Shown: one piece after another, positions 36,226 to 38,101 of the stretch
Layout: every line of letters begins with the position of its first letter
How positions within the stretch are numbered: position 1 is the stretch's first letter
Assembly (NCBI GenBank): GCA_048938025.1
Contig: JBHLMP010000014.1
Coordinates: 1 to 38,101, forward strand
Direction of reading: 5' to 3'
Length of the DNA stretch: 38,101 nt
Source: Promethearchaeota archaeon
GTDB lineage: Archaea > Asgardarchaeota > Lokiarchaeia > Sigyniarchaeales > SOKP01
The notes under the pieces: generated by a model
Databases searched by the model: none
Seen by the model: only the letters and a program-made list of their open reading frames with translations
Told to the model about the DNA's origin: nothing
Position numbers and translations under genes: made by a program

Positions 36226-37383
36226 TTATGAACCGCTTTTGATGTATAAATCTAATCCAACTAGTTCTGCTTTAGGAGAATACGATTTCACAATTTTAGA
36301 GTCATAAATTTTTTCAATATCCCAAGATAAGCCATTCAATTTTTCATCTAAGAGTTCAACTGCTCTTTCTATTGGGTTAGGTTTTTCGGAAAAATGATAA
36401 AAATGTAGAATCCCACCAGACTTTTTCATCAAAAAGCAACCTAAATCAACAAACTCAATTGAGCTTTCAGGCAAATTCATTACTATCCTATCTGCTTTAC
36501 CTTGCAACAATTTACCTAATTTATCTGATGGTTTAAGAAGATCTCTAACATTTAAATTATATGGAATCACTTCTCCCTTAAGCTTGTTTAATTTTACATT
36601 CTCTTTAAGGTAGTTATAGGCATCGGGATTAACATCAAAAGCATAAACTCTAACAGCATGGTTTTTTGCTATTTGTATTGAAAAAGGACCCACGCCGGCA
36701 AACATATCAATAATTAGCTCGTTTTCTCTTATCTCACTAGAAGCAACTCGTCTACGTTCATAGACTAATCGTGGAGTAAAGTAGGTTTTTTTAACATCAA
36801 GTTTGAATGTACAATTATTTTCCTTATAAATTGTTTCTGATTTGTTTTCACCAAATAGTAAGGCAAGATCTCTTAATCTATATGTTCCCATAATTTCACT
36901 TTTCTTCTCGTATACAGAAGTTATCTTTTTATTAACAATAGTTATTGCTTTTGCTATTTTTTTCTTATAATTACTTAGTTCTTTATTATCTATACGTCCA
37001 AATTTATTAAACTCAATTATAACAATATTTCCAATTAGATCATAGGATTTTGGAATTAATTCTTGATAATCATCTGGGATTTTGCCCTTGAAAGCATCTT
37101 GGAGGGACTTGACTTTATAATTTTCATTTATTATGCCAAGATTAGTAATAATCTCAATCTGAATTTTATTTCCAATAGACTCTATTACTTTTTCTATTAA
37201 ATCTTTTTTTTCTTCTAATGGAAAAAGGATAAATTCATCATCATAGAGAATTTTATATTTCTGGTTGATAACAGAATATTTTTCAAAATTTATTTTTATT
37301 AAATTAAGAGCCTTTTGCCCTTCTGCTTTCTTTACTTTTAGATATTTTATTTCCTTTATTAAATCAGCTACCATTAAAATCAT
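36226..37383 (-). CDS. trm5: tRNA (guanine37-N1)-methyltransferase Trm5 family
   Basis: SYDLIGNI, YKENNCTFKLDV..TYFTPRL, DMFAGVGPFSI, DVNPDA, DRIVMNLP. Confidence 0.92.
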   Translation of the reverse strand: MILMVADLIKEIKYLKVKKAEGQKALNLIKINFEKYSVINQKYKILYDDEFILFPLEEKKDLIEKVIESIGNKIQIEIITNLGIINENYKVKSLQDAFKGKIPDDYQELIPKSYDLIGNIVIIEFNKFGRIDNKELSNYKKKIAKAITIVNKKITSVYEKKSEIMGTYRLRDLALLFGENKSETIYKENNCTFKLDVKKTYFTPRLVYERRRVASSEIRENELIIDMFAGVGPFSIQIAKNHAVRVYAFDVNPDAYNYLKENVKLNKLKGEVIPYNLNVRDLLKPSDKLGKLLQGKADRIVMNLPESSIEFVDLGCFLMKKSGGILHFYHFSEKPNPIERAVELLDEKLNGLSWDIEKIYDSKIVKSYSPKAELVGLDLYIKSGS

Positions 37384-37798
37384 TTATTTCAAATATTATC
37401 GAAATTTCTTTCCCTGGATGCTTTAAAGCTTCAATTAATTCTTGCTTTAAGTCATTTGAGGATTTTGTACAACTAATTAAAACTGTTCTGTCGCAAATAT
37501 AATTACTTTTACGAAAAACCATATCTTTTTGATTTAACAATCTCAAATTTTTATGACCAAAACCATAGAAATAATCTTTTATATTGTCAACTTCTAAGAT
37601 AACTTTAACTTTCTTTTCATTTATTATAGCTTCTTTTAATTTAGGGTCTAAATCGTAGCAAGCTTTCGAAGCGTTAATACCAATGATACAATTTCCCTTT
37701 TTAGTGAGATTTTTATCTTTAGTAAATTCTATTGTTGTTTTATGAGAGCATAGAATATTCTCATGCCCATAAGCATAAATTTTATCTAAAACAGTCAT
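37364..37798 (-). CDS. DUF371-family archaeal protein
   Basis: GHENILCSHKTTIEFTKD..LTKKGNCIIG, VFRKSNYICDRT. Confidence 0.88.
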   Translation of the reverse strand: MTVLDKIYAYGHENILCSHKTTIEFTKDKNLTKKGNCIIGINASKACYDLDPKLKEAIINEKKVKVILEVDNIKDYFYGFGHKNLRLLNQKDMVFRKSNYICDRTVLISCTKSSNDLKQELIEALKHPGKEISIIFEINDFNGS

Positions 37799-37800
37799 TT

Positions 37801-38101
37801 TTAATTACCATTAGCGAAGAACACTAAAAGATCATCTAAATCTCTAAATACCTTAAAGTTTTCTTTAAATTTGGATTCAAATATTGGGATTAATGAATAG
37901 ATTATATTATCCTTAGAGAAGATAACTGGTTCATTGAATTGATTTATATAATTTTCTGGGATTAACATAGCACATTTATTATAATGTTTATAATTCTTAT
38001 CAAAGAATTGTTCTACCTTATGTGATGAATTAGAGTGAATCAAATCACTTACTCCGGATGACCTAATTGATTCATATTGCCCTATAGGAAAAGTATCAAC
38101 C
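37801..38101 (-). CDS. 3' part of a gene continuing beyond the window, possibly archaeosine tRNA-guanine transglycosylase
   Basis: Frame is open to the window edge (VDTFPIGQYE...), resembling the 'ETYPLSQ' segment of archaeal TGT; adjacent to trm5. Confidence 0.45.
   Translation of the reverse strand, partial: VDTFPIGQYESIRSSGVSDLIHSNSSHKVEQFFDKNYKHYNKCAMLIPENYINQFNEPVIFSKDNIIYSLIPIFESKFKENFKVFRDLDDLLVFFANGN

Overview
Very AT-rich archaeal chromosomal window. The gene content points to an Asgard archaeon, most likely Lokiarchaeia: rpl15e, RNase P p30/Pop5, NEMF/RqcH, Trm5, TrpB2, an Arf/Rag-type GTPase fused to a roadblock-like domain, a stand-alone roadblock, a longin/uDENN-like protein and an EMC6/OPTI-like membrane protein. 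Most genes are housekeeping or lineage-specific. The strongest signals are not in the ORF track. (1) A 23-codon Trp-rich leader ORF (MIKWFNFMATGNYFFWQWPWSWL) lies upstream of trpB2 with RNA pairings and a U-rich tract, a candidate archaeal tryptophan attenuator. (2) Two tandem paralogous 37-38 aa signal-peptide-like genes ending in GEGGP are divergent from a large putative regulator, a candidate peptide-signalling or type I toxin-like cassette. (3) A box C/D guide RNA is predicted to direct 23S Gm2251. (4) A tRNA-Arg(UCU) carries a 30-nt D-arm insertion. (5) A >=1468-aa SMC has no canonical hinge and shows a ~97-98 aa arm periodicity. All family calls are by-eye motif recognition; no searches were run.
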